From Zygnema circumcarinatum SAG 698-1b (lineage: Eukaryota; Plantae; Zygnematophyceae), in the NCBI GenBank assembly GCA_037447605.1, contig CM074808.1, positions 3,968,001-4,032,000 of the forward strand: 64,000 nucleotides of DNA, given 5' to 3'. Shown piece after piece: positions 1 to 21,210 of the stretch. The position numbers and the translations under genes are program-made. Under the pieces are notes generated by a model. It worked only from the letters and a program-made list of their open reading frames with translations, was not told where the DNA came from and made no database searches. Position 1 is the first letter of the stretch; each line of letters starts with the position of its first letter.

Positions 1-84
1 AATCTTTGCATCGACCATGTGAATACTCATGTTTTGTCGTTTGTTTACCAGTGAAATCCACTGCCAGCTGTCTCCTTCTGGCAG

Positions 85-264
85 TTGGATACCAGTACGG
101 GCACCAGTCTGACAGGCCTAAAACGACAAATATCGTACTTTTTTGGACTACAAGAAACGTCAGCAGTCGCTGTGACGGTTGGCTTCAACTCGAAAGGGCC
201 GCCTGTTATATACGACAAACTGACGTTGTACGGGCATGAAGACTTGGACACGTGGCCATTATGA
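85..264 (+). CDS. Probable terminal exon of a gene entering from the left edge; product unknown
   Basis: Acceptor tccttctggcag at 84/85, then open frame LDTSTGTSLTGLKRQISYFFGLQETSAVAVTVGFNSKGPPVIYDKLTLYGHEDLDTWPL to TGA 262-264. Protein-like composition. Absent from ORF track because it has no start codon. Confidence 0.4.
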   Translation: MDTSTGTSLTGLKRQISYFFGLQETSAVAVTVGFNSKGPPVIYDKLTLYGHEDLDTWPL

Positions 265-1098
265 CTCGGTCACGTTGCACTTTGTCGGCCAGGGGTGACC
301 CGAGCGCTGGCGGGCCGCAAACAGGCGGCGGGCGAGCGGGCGGGCGGGTATGTCGTATCTGTCCTGGACAAGGCGCCGGCGACGGGCTTTGGCGGCGGGA
401 GGGCGGTTAACCGCGACGGCGGTCGCCGCGCCGTACAGGGAATCATGGCGAGAGCAATCCTTTCCCCGCCACTTTGTCCTATTCGGATTGCGGACAGAGG
501 GAGCGCCGTTTGTCCAACGCCAAAAAACTATGAGACAACATGTGCCAACATGCGGGTTCATTGGTGTTGATGTTGTTGTTCTAGTAGTTGTTGTTGTTGT
601 TGTTGCATGCATGCGTACAATGTTGCAGCCGCCACCCTATATTTTCGTACGATCGTACGTGTTTGCATCTCCGTACAATCCACGTGTCGATCCTTCGGCG
701 CGGCTGCCAACTTCCGAAAAACATCAGTTGGCGAAATCGACGGCGTTGGATGCATGCGATCGCCACAGGCCCCTGTTCTCACGTCAACTTGTTATCCGAT
801 TCAGGGCGCGTCGCGCCCATGTGAATGGTAAGGACAGTCCCACGGCAGGCCTGGCCGGCCGCACCTGTTCTATGTGAGACAAATCAACGGAGCTCTTTGA
901 AAATCACAGTTTTTTGCAGACAGAACTTCGACACAGTTCGTTAAGCAGTTAACGACCGAACGTTAAGCAGTTCCAGGACAGGACTGGCCAGCTAGACCCG
1001 TTCCATGTGCGATAAATCGACGAATCTGTTCGACCGTTGCAGATTTCTGCCAGACAGATAGAACGGCGCATAGATCGTACGCCACGTGACACGCAATA

Positions 1099-1627
1099 CA
1101 GTGGGGGGTCCTCGTATTTACCACCCCAAGGAGTGCGTCCTCAATATTTTCGCCCCAATTTTGCCGAAACCACTTTTTTGTACGGTAACTTGTGTTAGCC
1201 GTACTGCTCGTACTGCTCGTACTGTTCGTACTGTCCGTACTATCTGTACTAGCCGTTACGGGCTTACGCAAATCGCACCTAATCTCCCCGCTCGTGCCGC
1301 CGTAAGAGGCGCTCGCTCTTCTCCCCGTCTTCTTGACTTCGATACGATAAGATACGATACGATACGGTCAATACGATACGAAACTCCCCGATGGCTGGAT
1401 GACGACAGTATGTACGACAGTATAAGCGTCACGATATGTCACGATACGATACGATGTTAAATGATACAGTACGATACGATACGGTAGGGTACGATACGTA
1501 CGGTTAAACATGAACTCTAACATAATACCGCCCGTCTATTCGTAACACGAACCTTATATATGCAAATTTAATATTTTCGCCTCATTTTGCCCGGAACCAG
1601 GGTGGAAAATATGAGGACCCCCTACTG
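1099..1627. mobile_element. Tc1/mariner-type MITE (529 bp)
   Basis: 28-bp TIRs: CAGTGGGGGGTCCTCGTATTTACCACCC (1099-1126) vs reverse complement of 1600-1627 CAGTAGGGGGTCCTCATATTTTCCACCC, 25/28 identical. TA on both flanks (1097-98, 1628-29). Internal GATAC array and a ~30-bp direct repeat (1143-1172 / 1570-1599). No transposase. Confidence 0.85.
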
Positions 1628-1996
1628 TAGTAGCGAACCGTACGCTCACGATTGCGTCCGTCCGTACAGTGCCGTACCCCGTGCGGACGGGTCTCGCGTG
1701 GGCTTCCTTGTTGTTGTTGTTTGATGTTGTTCATGTTCGCTAGCAACATGAACAGGGCGGGAGAGGGAACAGGGAACAGGAAGGGCGGGAGAGAAGAACA
1801 ATCGAACAACAAGGTATGGGCCAAAAACAAAGGCACGCTACCAAAGGCACCACCAACAACAACCTTCAAAAAATCCCAAAAAATAAAACACACCAACAAA
1901 ACATATTGTTCACAAACTACGAAAATGTCTTCTTTTTCCTTCGTGAAAATGTGTACTCCGCTCAATAACCAACCAACCAACCAACCAGCCACGGCC

Positions 1997-3880
1997 TCAA
2001 GCCCCCCCCCCTTGGGGCGCGCCCTCCCCCGGGCCGGCGGCGAGGAGCGTGTACTCGCCCCCGCCCGGCAGCGCCACGACGAGCGGAGCGCTCCCGAAGG
2101 GCCACGCGCCCTGCCGGTGGGCGGCGAGGGCGAGGAGGGGCAGGAGGAGGAGGAGGGGGAGGAGGAGGAGGAGGCCGAGGACCAGGGAGAATGACCGCCA
2201 GAATGTCCAATATATGACTGTTGAGTGAGAAGGAAGGAAGGAAGGCAGTGGGGATGGTGAGTGAACGAAGGAGATCATGCCCCCCCCCCCCCGGCCTTTC
2301 TATCTCTCTCTCGTTCTCTCTCTTTCCTCTCCTCGTTTGTCACTTTCTCCGACTCTTTCTCTCTCTCTTCTACTCTCTCTCTCTCACACACAAACACAAT
2401 CTTTCTCACTCTCTCTCATTGTCCGTCTGTATGTATGTCTCCATCACCCTCTCCCTCTCTCCGCTCTCCCTCTCTCCCCTTCCATCTCACTGCTCCCTAA
2501 TTCCTCGTTCCGCCCCTATCGCACTCGAACCCTCTCGGGCATCCGTGCCTCCTCCCACCTCCCCTTCTCTCCCCTTTCGTGATAAGACTCCTTTAGCCAA
2601 TCGCTCCCTGATTAGAAAAACATTCTAAGAAGAAGAAATGCAGAGAGATTCTCTCATACCTCGCGTGACTTCAACGCTGTACGTTGTGCTGCGGTGGAGT
2701 GGCGCCACCACCACAATCTCAAAGGTGTGCTTCTCGCCATTGCTCCGCAAATAGACGTCAGGACTCGCCTCGCCGCTCTTCACCTCCTCGCCGTCGACAT
2801 ATACACGGAAATCCTCCTCCTCCTGAACCCCGCCATGTCTCCGTACAGACGTTAAGGGAGAGGGAGGGAGAACGAGAGGAGGGGAAGGAGAGGGAGAGCA
2901 GAGGGTAAAGAGGAGAGAAATGAGAAGAGAGGGGGAGAGAAAGAGAAAAATAGGAAGGAGAGAGGGCGTGCGAAGGGTAAAAAGAAACAGGGAGAGAGAG
3001 AGTGGGCGAGAGGGAGTTGAAGCGACGACGAAGAAACAAGGAGAGGTGATTGTCCTAACAAACTAAAGATATAAACGGGAATAAAAAGTTAAAAAGAAAA
3101 CTGGGAGACGAAGTCCTACGCAGACGTTTCCACAGATGCTTTGTCTCCAAAGCAAACTTAAACCAAAGTGATTAGAAGAACCACATCAACTGCTGATGTA
3201 AAGGTTTGGGAAGGCCCACCTGCTTAACCCCCAAGAGAGGGCGGACCGTCACTCGCGAGAGGCGCACTTCTGCGGAGTATTGGAGGGTTTTGGAATTAAA
3301 GGGAGGGTTCAGGGATCCCGGGTATATGGAAAGACCCTCCAAACGGGCGGGAGAGGGAGGGGGGGGAGGAGGGGAGGGAGGAGGGGGAGAGGGAGGGGGT
3401 GAAGGAGGGGGGGGCGAGGGAGGAGGGGGAGGAGAGGGAGGAGGAGGAGGAGGAGGNNNNNNNNNNGGGAGGGGGAGGGTTGGGAGGGGGTGGAGAAGGT
3501 GGGGGACGAGGAGAGGGAGGGGGGGGCGAAGGAGGAGGAGAGGGAGGTGGGCGAGGAGGGGGGGAAGGAGGGGGAGAAGGGGGAGGAGTGGGAGGAGGGC
3601 GAGGAGGAGGGGAACGAGGGGGAGATGGAGGAGGAGATGGGGGAGGAGGAGAAGGGGAAGGAGAAGAACGGGAGGGAGGGGGAGAGGTCGGTGGAGGAGA
3701 TGAAGGGGATCTATCAGGTGGAGGTGAAACCTCTCTCACATCGAGCGAAAGGCCCTGCAGAGTTTGTATGCGCTGCGTCTGCCCTAAAATTTCCCTGCCA
3801 TGGCGCTCCTGCCTCACAGATGCAGATCCAATAGAGAAGAGGAGGAGAGAGAGAAAGAGAGAGAGAGAGAATGAAGCCAT
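1997..3880 (-). CDS. Type I membrane protein: signal peptide + Ser-Pro(n) extensin-like stalk + cadherin-like beta-sandwich (PF12733-like) + TM + short tail
   Basis: Exons 3880-3220, 2822-2660, 2217-1997 with GT-AG junctions and matching phases 0 and 1. N-term MASFSLSLFLSLLLFSIGSA; SPPP repeats; ARLEGLSIYPGSLNPPFNSKTLQYSAEVRLSRVTVRP...FRVYVDGEEVKSGEASPDVYLRSNGEKHTFEIVVVAPLHRSTTYSVEVTR; TM FSLVLGLLLLLPLLLLLPLLALAA. The frame changes across the 10-N gap, which is of estimated length. Confidence 0.8.
3457..3466. other. Assembly gap (10 N) inside the Ser-Pro repeat coding tract
   Basis: Ten n characters in the sequence. Confidence 1.
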
Positions 3881-5011
3881 GGCTGCGAGTGCAGAAGCTG
3901 CCTCCTCCTCCCCTCTGTCTCTCTCACTTGCGGAAAAGCGAAGGTGAAAAGCGAAGGTTCAAAGCGATATGGCCTGCGGTTACGCCGAGGTCGGCGCAGC
4001 GCTTCGCTTCGTGGCCGGCGTCCCCTACGCATGGTTCTATTGTCCATAATCGTCCTCTACACATAATACATCGTCCGCCCGTTGGTGTACTCAATTTTTT
4101 TTTCTAGAAAGGGAGTACGGTAGACGCGTGGAAAATCCGATTCCGCCACGTGCCGTGCTCTCGAAGGCCTCGTATTTACAGCCAATGAAAACACGCCACA
4201 TGGTAACAAAAAGTCGGTAATGTCGGTACCGGCCGGTTGAGGGCGAAAGCGACGCCGGGACTTGACCGGACATTTGGACGATACTCGAAATTTGGCGAAG
4301 GAATTCTCTGGAATAAATTACAGCAAGGAACAAGTTCTTTGGAGATCCCGTCAGTTGTTTGAAATTTCACTGACGATGGAACTGGCACATAGAACCGTTT
4401 CACGTTGCCACCACGTAGGCTGTCCCGTGCTGAGTCAGCATAAAACTGTTTTTGTCTGTTTCTGCGGAATCTGTACGGTTCGTACAATGCTTCTAGAAAG
4501 TCGCCACTTTTGGTGTCGGTGCGGTACACATGAGCGGTAAGAACCATTCAGGGTTTGCCACGTATAACATTGTACACGTGGCAGTCCAGAATTGGCTGGC
4601 CGGATCCCCTCGTGCCAAAGTTTGGTCCCCTGTGGGCGGCATTGTACTTTATTTTGTGTACGGACGAAGGTACCGAGTTCGAACCTCGGGAAGCGCACCT
4701 TCTGCACCACTCTAGATATTTCAGGAAGGGGGGAGGCGTGTGAAGGGTGAGGCCACCATAGTCGACGTTGACGGCCTTCTTTAAGCTCGTCTTACACAAA
4801 ATTTTTGGCCGTTACATTGAGTAGATAGATACATTACATCTTACTGTATTTTATAGAGGAAAGATTTCTCTTTTTTTCGTTTTTTTCTATTCTAATTTTG
4901 GAGTCTCTTGAGCTGCAACCGCATTTTAGGGTTTGCAAGCCTTTGATAAAGCTTGTATTAGGTTTAGGGTGTTGGAAGGCCGAGGGAGGGAGAGATTGAA
5001 GGACGGTGGCC

Positions 5012-9735
<4,724 letters not shown>

Positions 9736-10240
9736 CTTGACTTGACTTGACTTGACTTGACGGGAGGGATCTGACTTGAGTTGGTTTGTGTAAGAAGTCT
9801 GCTTCAAATCGGCTGCTGAAAGGGCTCCAGCTTTGGTCACGGGTTCAGCGTTCCTCTCTGTGCTTGTATATAAGTGTAAGTTCGTGTTCTATGCAGTTCC
9901 AGTTCCAGTTTCGAGAGCAGTTAGTTTCAGTTCAGTTTGTAAGTTTTGGCGTTATTCTTTATTTTTTGTAAAGCAATGTCTGGTGATGTAGTACCAACCG
10001 CCCATATTCGCACGTTTTGTTTGGTTTGTAAAAGGAGTGAAGACGTATAAGGAGCGTTTTAGTGTGTTCCTAGCGTGGAATTACTTTGGTATAACTTGTG
10101 AGTCATGTGCAATAAAAAATTACAAGAACTTTTATGTAAAATTTTGCTTCCTCCCAATAGTGGAGTTTCTAAGTGTGCGCCCAACCAGAGTTCAGATGTT
10201 TGGAGCCCTTTCGGTTGTGCTTGATTTCAGGGTGCAGAAG

Positions 10241-10242
<2 letters not shown>

Positions 10243-10314
<72 letters not shown>
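10243..10314. repeat. (ATGCCC)12 hexamer microsatellite
   Basis: Perfect tandem array between the convergent 3' ends of PTOX and the Rieske-like gene. Confidence 0.95.
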
Positions 10315-10700
10315 GCTCACCACGACAAAGAAGCAAAGCGTACATCTGTGTGGGCTCCTCAATACTGCAGTCGGCACTGGGGCCAGTTGAGAGGTGATTC
10401 CGTTGGCAATCCAAAACGCAAAACTTCCGTCACATGACGAATCAGTCAACTGATGACAACCCTAATTAATTGAAAATGAAATTTTGGCAAAATTGTATCT
10501 TTCTGGCCTATGTCGCTAAAGCTAGAGGTAAAAAAACAAAACAAAAAACTCGAGTGTTGTTCTACTATAATCAAATTGAAAGAGGAGCTTTGAAATCCAA
10601 GTCGATGAAACCCTAATGAAGAAAATCTCTCTCCCTCCCCTCCCCTCTCTCTCTCTCTCCCTCTCTCTCTCTCTCCCTCTCTTTTTTCTCTCTCTGCCTT

Positions 10701-12351
10701 CTACTTCAAGGAAACATAAACGTACCCTCCTTCCGAGCGAGTAGCGGAATATACCTGCCCACACGAAAATATAATTAGCAAAAAAGAATTCCCAAAAAAA
10801 CAAAACTAAAAAGAAACTAAACCCAATACCGATGTCTCTTTCAAAATATTAAAAACAAAACTCTAGATGAAATTCCTCAAGGTTTTAGGAGAGCACCTTC
10901 ATCTTCTCCCGGTCGGCGTTCTCTTTCAAGGCTCCAATAAAGAAAGTAAGCGGCCCTTTTTTCGGACACCACTCGACCACCGCTCCGTCAAGAAGAGAGA
11001 ATTCGGAGCGGCAGAGAGGGCACTCGAAAGTTGGAACCTTTGCACTATCCTCTTTTACCTGCATACCCAAAGTAAAAAATTACCAAAGAACAAGGGGGAG
11101 GGGGGCTGTGAGAGGGGTTGTAAAACGCATCAGTAGAATCATCCAAAAAGACTGGAACGGAAAGGAGCCATGGATTGGATCCAACTGAAGCGTCTTCCTC
11201 TCCAAACCTCTTTTTCTTCTTCTAACCTCTCCAACCCTATCGCTTTCCAGCTCACTTTCTCTCCACTTTCCCATCCTCCCCTTCTCCTCAACTGGCTCTC
11301 CCTCTCATTATTTCCCTCTCTCTCCCCTCCGCATACATTCTGATTCAGAGAGGAAATTCAGGGTTAACCTTTCCTTCGATAAGCGGAAAACTGCACGCTG
11401 GGCAGTTTGCGTCGACAGCCAACAACATTTCTGATAAATTCACTACGACGTATCTGCACCGAAAATAAAATAAAACTTAACAAAATCATTAGTTTAAAAA
11501 AAAAACACGTTTAACGACATAGGCCTCCTCCCTGCCCCCCCTTCCTCGTCCCCCTCCTCCTATTTAAACAGAAAACCCTTCAAAATTGTAAGAAGAAGAA
11601 TTCAAATGGCTTTCCTTAGGGCCGCTCACCCCTTGCCATTCACTATGGCCGCCTTATTCTTTCCTTCTTCTAGCGAGTCCGTCGGGAATACCTGCACATG
11701 CACACCATTTGGAAACCAAGTACTCTTGATGCTCTGAAATAGTCCCTCCCACTCACACAAAGCAACGTTCCTTTAACCCCATAACCCTGAATCTTCAAAC
11801 CCTAAAATGTAAAGGTCACCTCACCTGCGTCCAGCCCTTGAGATCCTTCTCTGCCGTCAGCCCACTCTCCTTCCCTCTCTTGCCTGCCGCTCCAAACCCT
11901 CCCTGCCTCCCTGTCGCACATTTTGGGCCCTCGAAGTTTCTCCTTAATTCCCTCTCACCCTTCTCTCTCCTCTCCCACAACACCTCCTTCGGAAGCCCCG
12001 CAGAGCGCAGAGCTGAGTGGGAGCTCGACGAGGCTGCGGGCACATTGAAGCGTTCAAAGGGAAGACTCTGGAGAGGAAATGAAAGGGTTTGAGCAGTGAG
12101 AAGAATGTCAGGAGGCGCGACAAGTTATAGAATGTAAATTGTAGAAAATGTGCGCACATGCGCCATGTCTGTAGAAGAATGAATCAGTGAAGTTGCAAAG
12201 GTAGGGGACAGAGTGAGGAGAGAGCGAGAGAGAGAGTGTGACAGAACGACGAAAGGTGAAAGTGAGAGGAGAAGGTGCAGGAGACAGGCGGCACCTTGCG
12301 TGCATTGCAGCAAGCGAGAAGGCCCCGACAAGCGACCTCCGCTGTAGCCAT
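10701..12351 (-). CDS. Rieske-fold (ferredoxin-like) protein with probable plastid transit peptide and CxxC/CxxC ligand motifs
   Basis: Six phase-consistent exons: 12351-12295, 12067-11825, 11691-11630, 11453-11369, 11058-10897, 10754-10701. Mature part GWTQVFPTDSLEEGKNKAAIVNGKGYVVVNLSEMLLAVDANCPACSFPLIEGK...TFECPLCRSEFSLLDGAVVEWCPKKG...MKVYSATRSEGGYVYVSLK follows the Rieske beta-strand pattern. Confidence 0.85.
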
Positions 12352-12441
12352 GGCGGCCCCTCCCCTGAGGAAGGGAGGTTGGGACAGTATGGGAATAGAT
12401 ATGTTTGGAATAATTATATGCGTCTCACAACTAACAACACA

Positions 12442-12515
12442 TCCGTTGTCGTCCAGCCTGGTTAGGATACCTGGCTTTCACCCAGGCGACCCGGGTTCAA
12501 ATCCCGGCAACGGAG
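12442..12515 (+). tRNA. trnE-UUC: tRNA-Glu (anticodon UUC), cytosolic type
   Basis: Acceptor stem TCCGTTG/CAACGGA; anticodon arm CCTGG-CT-TTC-AC-CCAGG; T-loop GGTTCAAATCC; upstream CAA motif; TTTT a few bases downstream. Confidence 0.95.
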
Positions 12516-12558
12516 CACTTTTGCATCTCATAGCAATTTGCTCAATGTAGTCTTTTTT

Positions 12559-13227
12559 AAGGAGAATGATAATCCCCCCCTCCCATTTGAATATCCCGCC
12601 CCTGGAAATCTTTTTTGAGCGACAAAAATATGTCAGGGCCTGCCCGAATACGCTCGGAGTAGAAGATCCGTCCGGCTCGCACTTGCGAGTGAGCGCGTCC
12701 CTCTGCCCGAGATCTCCGCAAAACTATGAGCTGGACCTGCCAGCCTGTGGAAAACTGGAAGCCAATCACTATATGCCACGTGTCATTTTGTATGATGTAG
12801 CAAATTATGATTGGTCAGGCTCTAAATGTACGGTATTTCGCCTTTCCTCGAAGCTGCAACTGTACTGTACTGTTACTGTTTGTAACGAGCTGGATTCGGT
12901 TACCAATATCCGTACGGACGCATCCAGGCGCCGCCCGCGTGCCGTCCGCGATCTTACCGTCCGACCGTCATATTTGTACACGTGGGCGCGTGCCATTCGC
13001 TGGAACCGAGCCCAGCTGCAGATCGAACGGTTGTCGTGGTGCGACTGCGAAAGAATCGACAGCGGATGTTGAAAGCTCGTGTGAAGATGGACAATCGGGA
13101 ACGATCTCGTGGCGGACGAATCTTCCGCTCCGAGCGGATTTGGACAGGCCCTAACATATTTTTGTCGCTCAAAAAAAATTTCAGGGGGGAGGGTATCCAA
13201 AATGGGGGACGGGTTATCATTCTCCTT
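12559..13227. mobile_element. Non-autonomous DNA transposon (MITE/foldback) with ~115-bp imperfect TIRs
   Basis: 12559-12672 (aaggagaatgataatcccc...gagcgacaaaaatatgtcagggcctg...) is the reverse complement of ~13113-13227 with scattered mismatches. Opposite-strand ORFs share the mirrored peptide EIFFERQKYVRACPN. Target-site duplication not clear. Confidence 0.8.
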
Positions 13228-13358
13228 TCGTTTTACCTTTTTGTGTACGCGCGCAGCAAACCTTTTGAACATCTGCGCCTTCCCTTTTGAACTTGATCGG
13301 TTTTTCGGCGACCTTCGCGGCTGCGTCGATTGTTGAGCCGAGGCGTAGCTTTTTGCTC

Positions 13359-13480
13359 CTAGCTGTTTTCTTTTGTCCTTAGGTCCTTTGTGATCAGTTC
13401 CTCGTGGTTCCCCATGGTGCTGGTTTTGGCCATGTACGTTTGATGGCATCATCGCCATCGTGAGATCAATGCCACTTCCT
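13359..13480 (+). repeat. Dispersed ~110-120 bp repeat, copy A
   Basis: Shared core cttaggtcctttg(t/c)ga(t/c)cagttcctcg...ccccatg...tccatgta...ttgatggc...catcgtgagatcaatgcca, also at 19535-19635 (-) and 53983-54100 (+). Confidence 0.85.
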
Positions 13481-14326
13481 TTGCATTGTTTTAAAGTGAA
13501 AAGTGTCAACTCTGATGAAGTCCCTTCATGAGTATCTGCCGGGACGTATGAAAATTAGCCTTTTTCTACAATGTAAAGTAATCTTAATAAAGCTCAGTTG
13601 CAGGTCTTCACATGTCGTCATGTACCGTACTTCTTTATGAATCGCTGTGTCCGCCAACGACATGCATCACCTCGTGGTTCAAGCACCAATTCTAATGTCT
13701 CAACTGTCAGTGCTCCTTCCGAATGAACGAACAGCACATGCGCACCGCTTGTAGAGTACTGGGTAGAGGATAGCGGACAAAATGGATAACACAGTTGGAG
13801 AAAAAATGCTACATTCGGACAAATTAGATGGCACAAGGAAATGGTACAAAAGAGGGAGACTGAGGTCAAGTAATTCAACGATGCAACTAAGAACAACCAC
13901 TAAGAACGTCTGCAGCACCGCCTAAGTAACTCTTAGTACGAGCTTCTGAACCCTCCCTCTTCCCCACCCCTCCCTCACACATGAAAATCAAAGTAACGTT
14001 TCACTTCGATTCAACGATAATAATAAGAAACTAATGATAATAATAGTAATAATAAGGAAAAGACCGCAATCGCTTACAGTAAGAATCACTACCAATCCTG
14101 CAATGGTAAGATTCTCCCGCAATGGACATAGAAAGTTTATGATGGTGGACACTGCTATAATTCTCCTTAAATGTACAATGCAATGACACCTGAATCAAAC
14201 ATCAACACCGAGAGAGGGAAGGGCGAGAGGGGTGAGCAAGAGAGAGGAGGGAGGGGGGGAGGGGGGGAGGGGGGGAGGGGGGATGGGGGAGGGGAAGGAG
14301 ACCTCCGTTCGGCCAACCCCTTGCCC

Positions 14327-20468
<6,142 letters not shown>

Positions 20469-20959
20469 TTGGCGCTCTCAAAGCTCTGCCTTTCAGAGCA
20501 GCAATGTTATTCTGCACATTGCATGCCATATCATTTTTCTTCTAATATCAGTATGAAATTCAATTTTGTGATGATCGGATGTAAGTGACATCTACCATGC
20601 TATTATTGTGTTTGTTGAGACAGGGAAAACTATTGTTCCTGTTAAATGTTTCCAAAATTTCAGTATTCCTCCTTGGCATTTTCCTGGCAAACCAGCAAGC
20701 AGACAAGTGCAGCAGGACTGACCTGTAAATAGGGTTTTGTTCGGAGCAGTTGTTTTTGTATTACTTATGATTATTTGTAACTATTCTCTTCAGCAAAAAG
20801 AAAGAGAAAAGAAAAGGATGAAGGAAACAGCAATATCTTGCTTCAGAAAAAAGTTAACCCTAAAAAGATAAAAAATCAGTTGCAGATACCCCTCATTTTT
20901 CCTTTTTCAAGTAACTGCAACCACGGCTTCCTTCCTGAGGCAGCCATGGCTGCTTGCAA

Positions 20960-21210
20960 TGGTGATCAAGGCCATCCGCGCAGATCTAGAGTGGATCCAA
21001 GCCATCCGCGTAGATTCAGTGTGAATCTCATCTAGATGCAGAGTGGATTTCATGCAGACTCAGAGTGGAATCTCATTCAGAGAGTGAATCTGGGCAAACC
21101 GAGCCAGGGCGAGATCTCAGCCATCACACAGATCCAGAGTGAATCGCATCCGCCCGTTTAGATCCCAAATAAATCTCAGCCATACGCTTAGATCTTAGTG
21201 AATCTCAGAC
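20960..21210. repeat. Degenerate ~30-bp minisatellite
   Basis: About 8 degenerate units; minus-strand consensus roughly ATGGCTGAGATTCACTCTGGATCTRCGCGG. Confidence 0.6.

Noticed and set aside
963-1271. 102-aa minus ORF with a CxxCH-like motif (PHCIACH)
   Set aside because: It runs through the MITE left TIR and internal repeats, so it is a chance frame.
4660-4720. A-box/B-box-like motifs on the minus strand (TAGAGTGG ... GGTTCGAACTC)
   Set aside because: Spacing is too short and no cloverleaf forms, so a tRNA or SINE is not supportable.
10243-10437. (MP)n, (HA)n and (CP)n ORFs
   Set aside because: Hexamer microsatellite in the 3' UTR or intergenic space.
12566-13509. Opposite-strand ORFs sharing EIFFERQKYVRACPN
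   Set aside because: The shared peptide is a by-product of the inverted repeat, not a protein family.
20960-21210. CRISPR-like array
   Set aside because: Eukaryotic context, degenerate adjacent units, no unique spacers, no cas genes.
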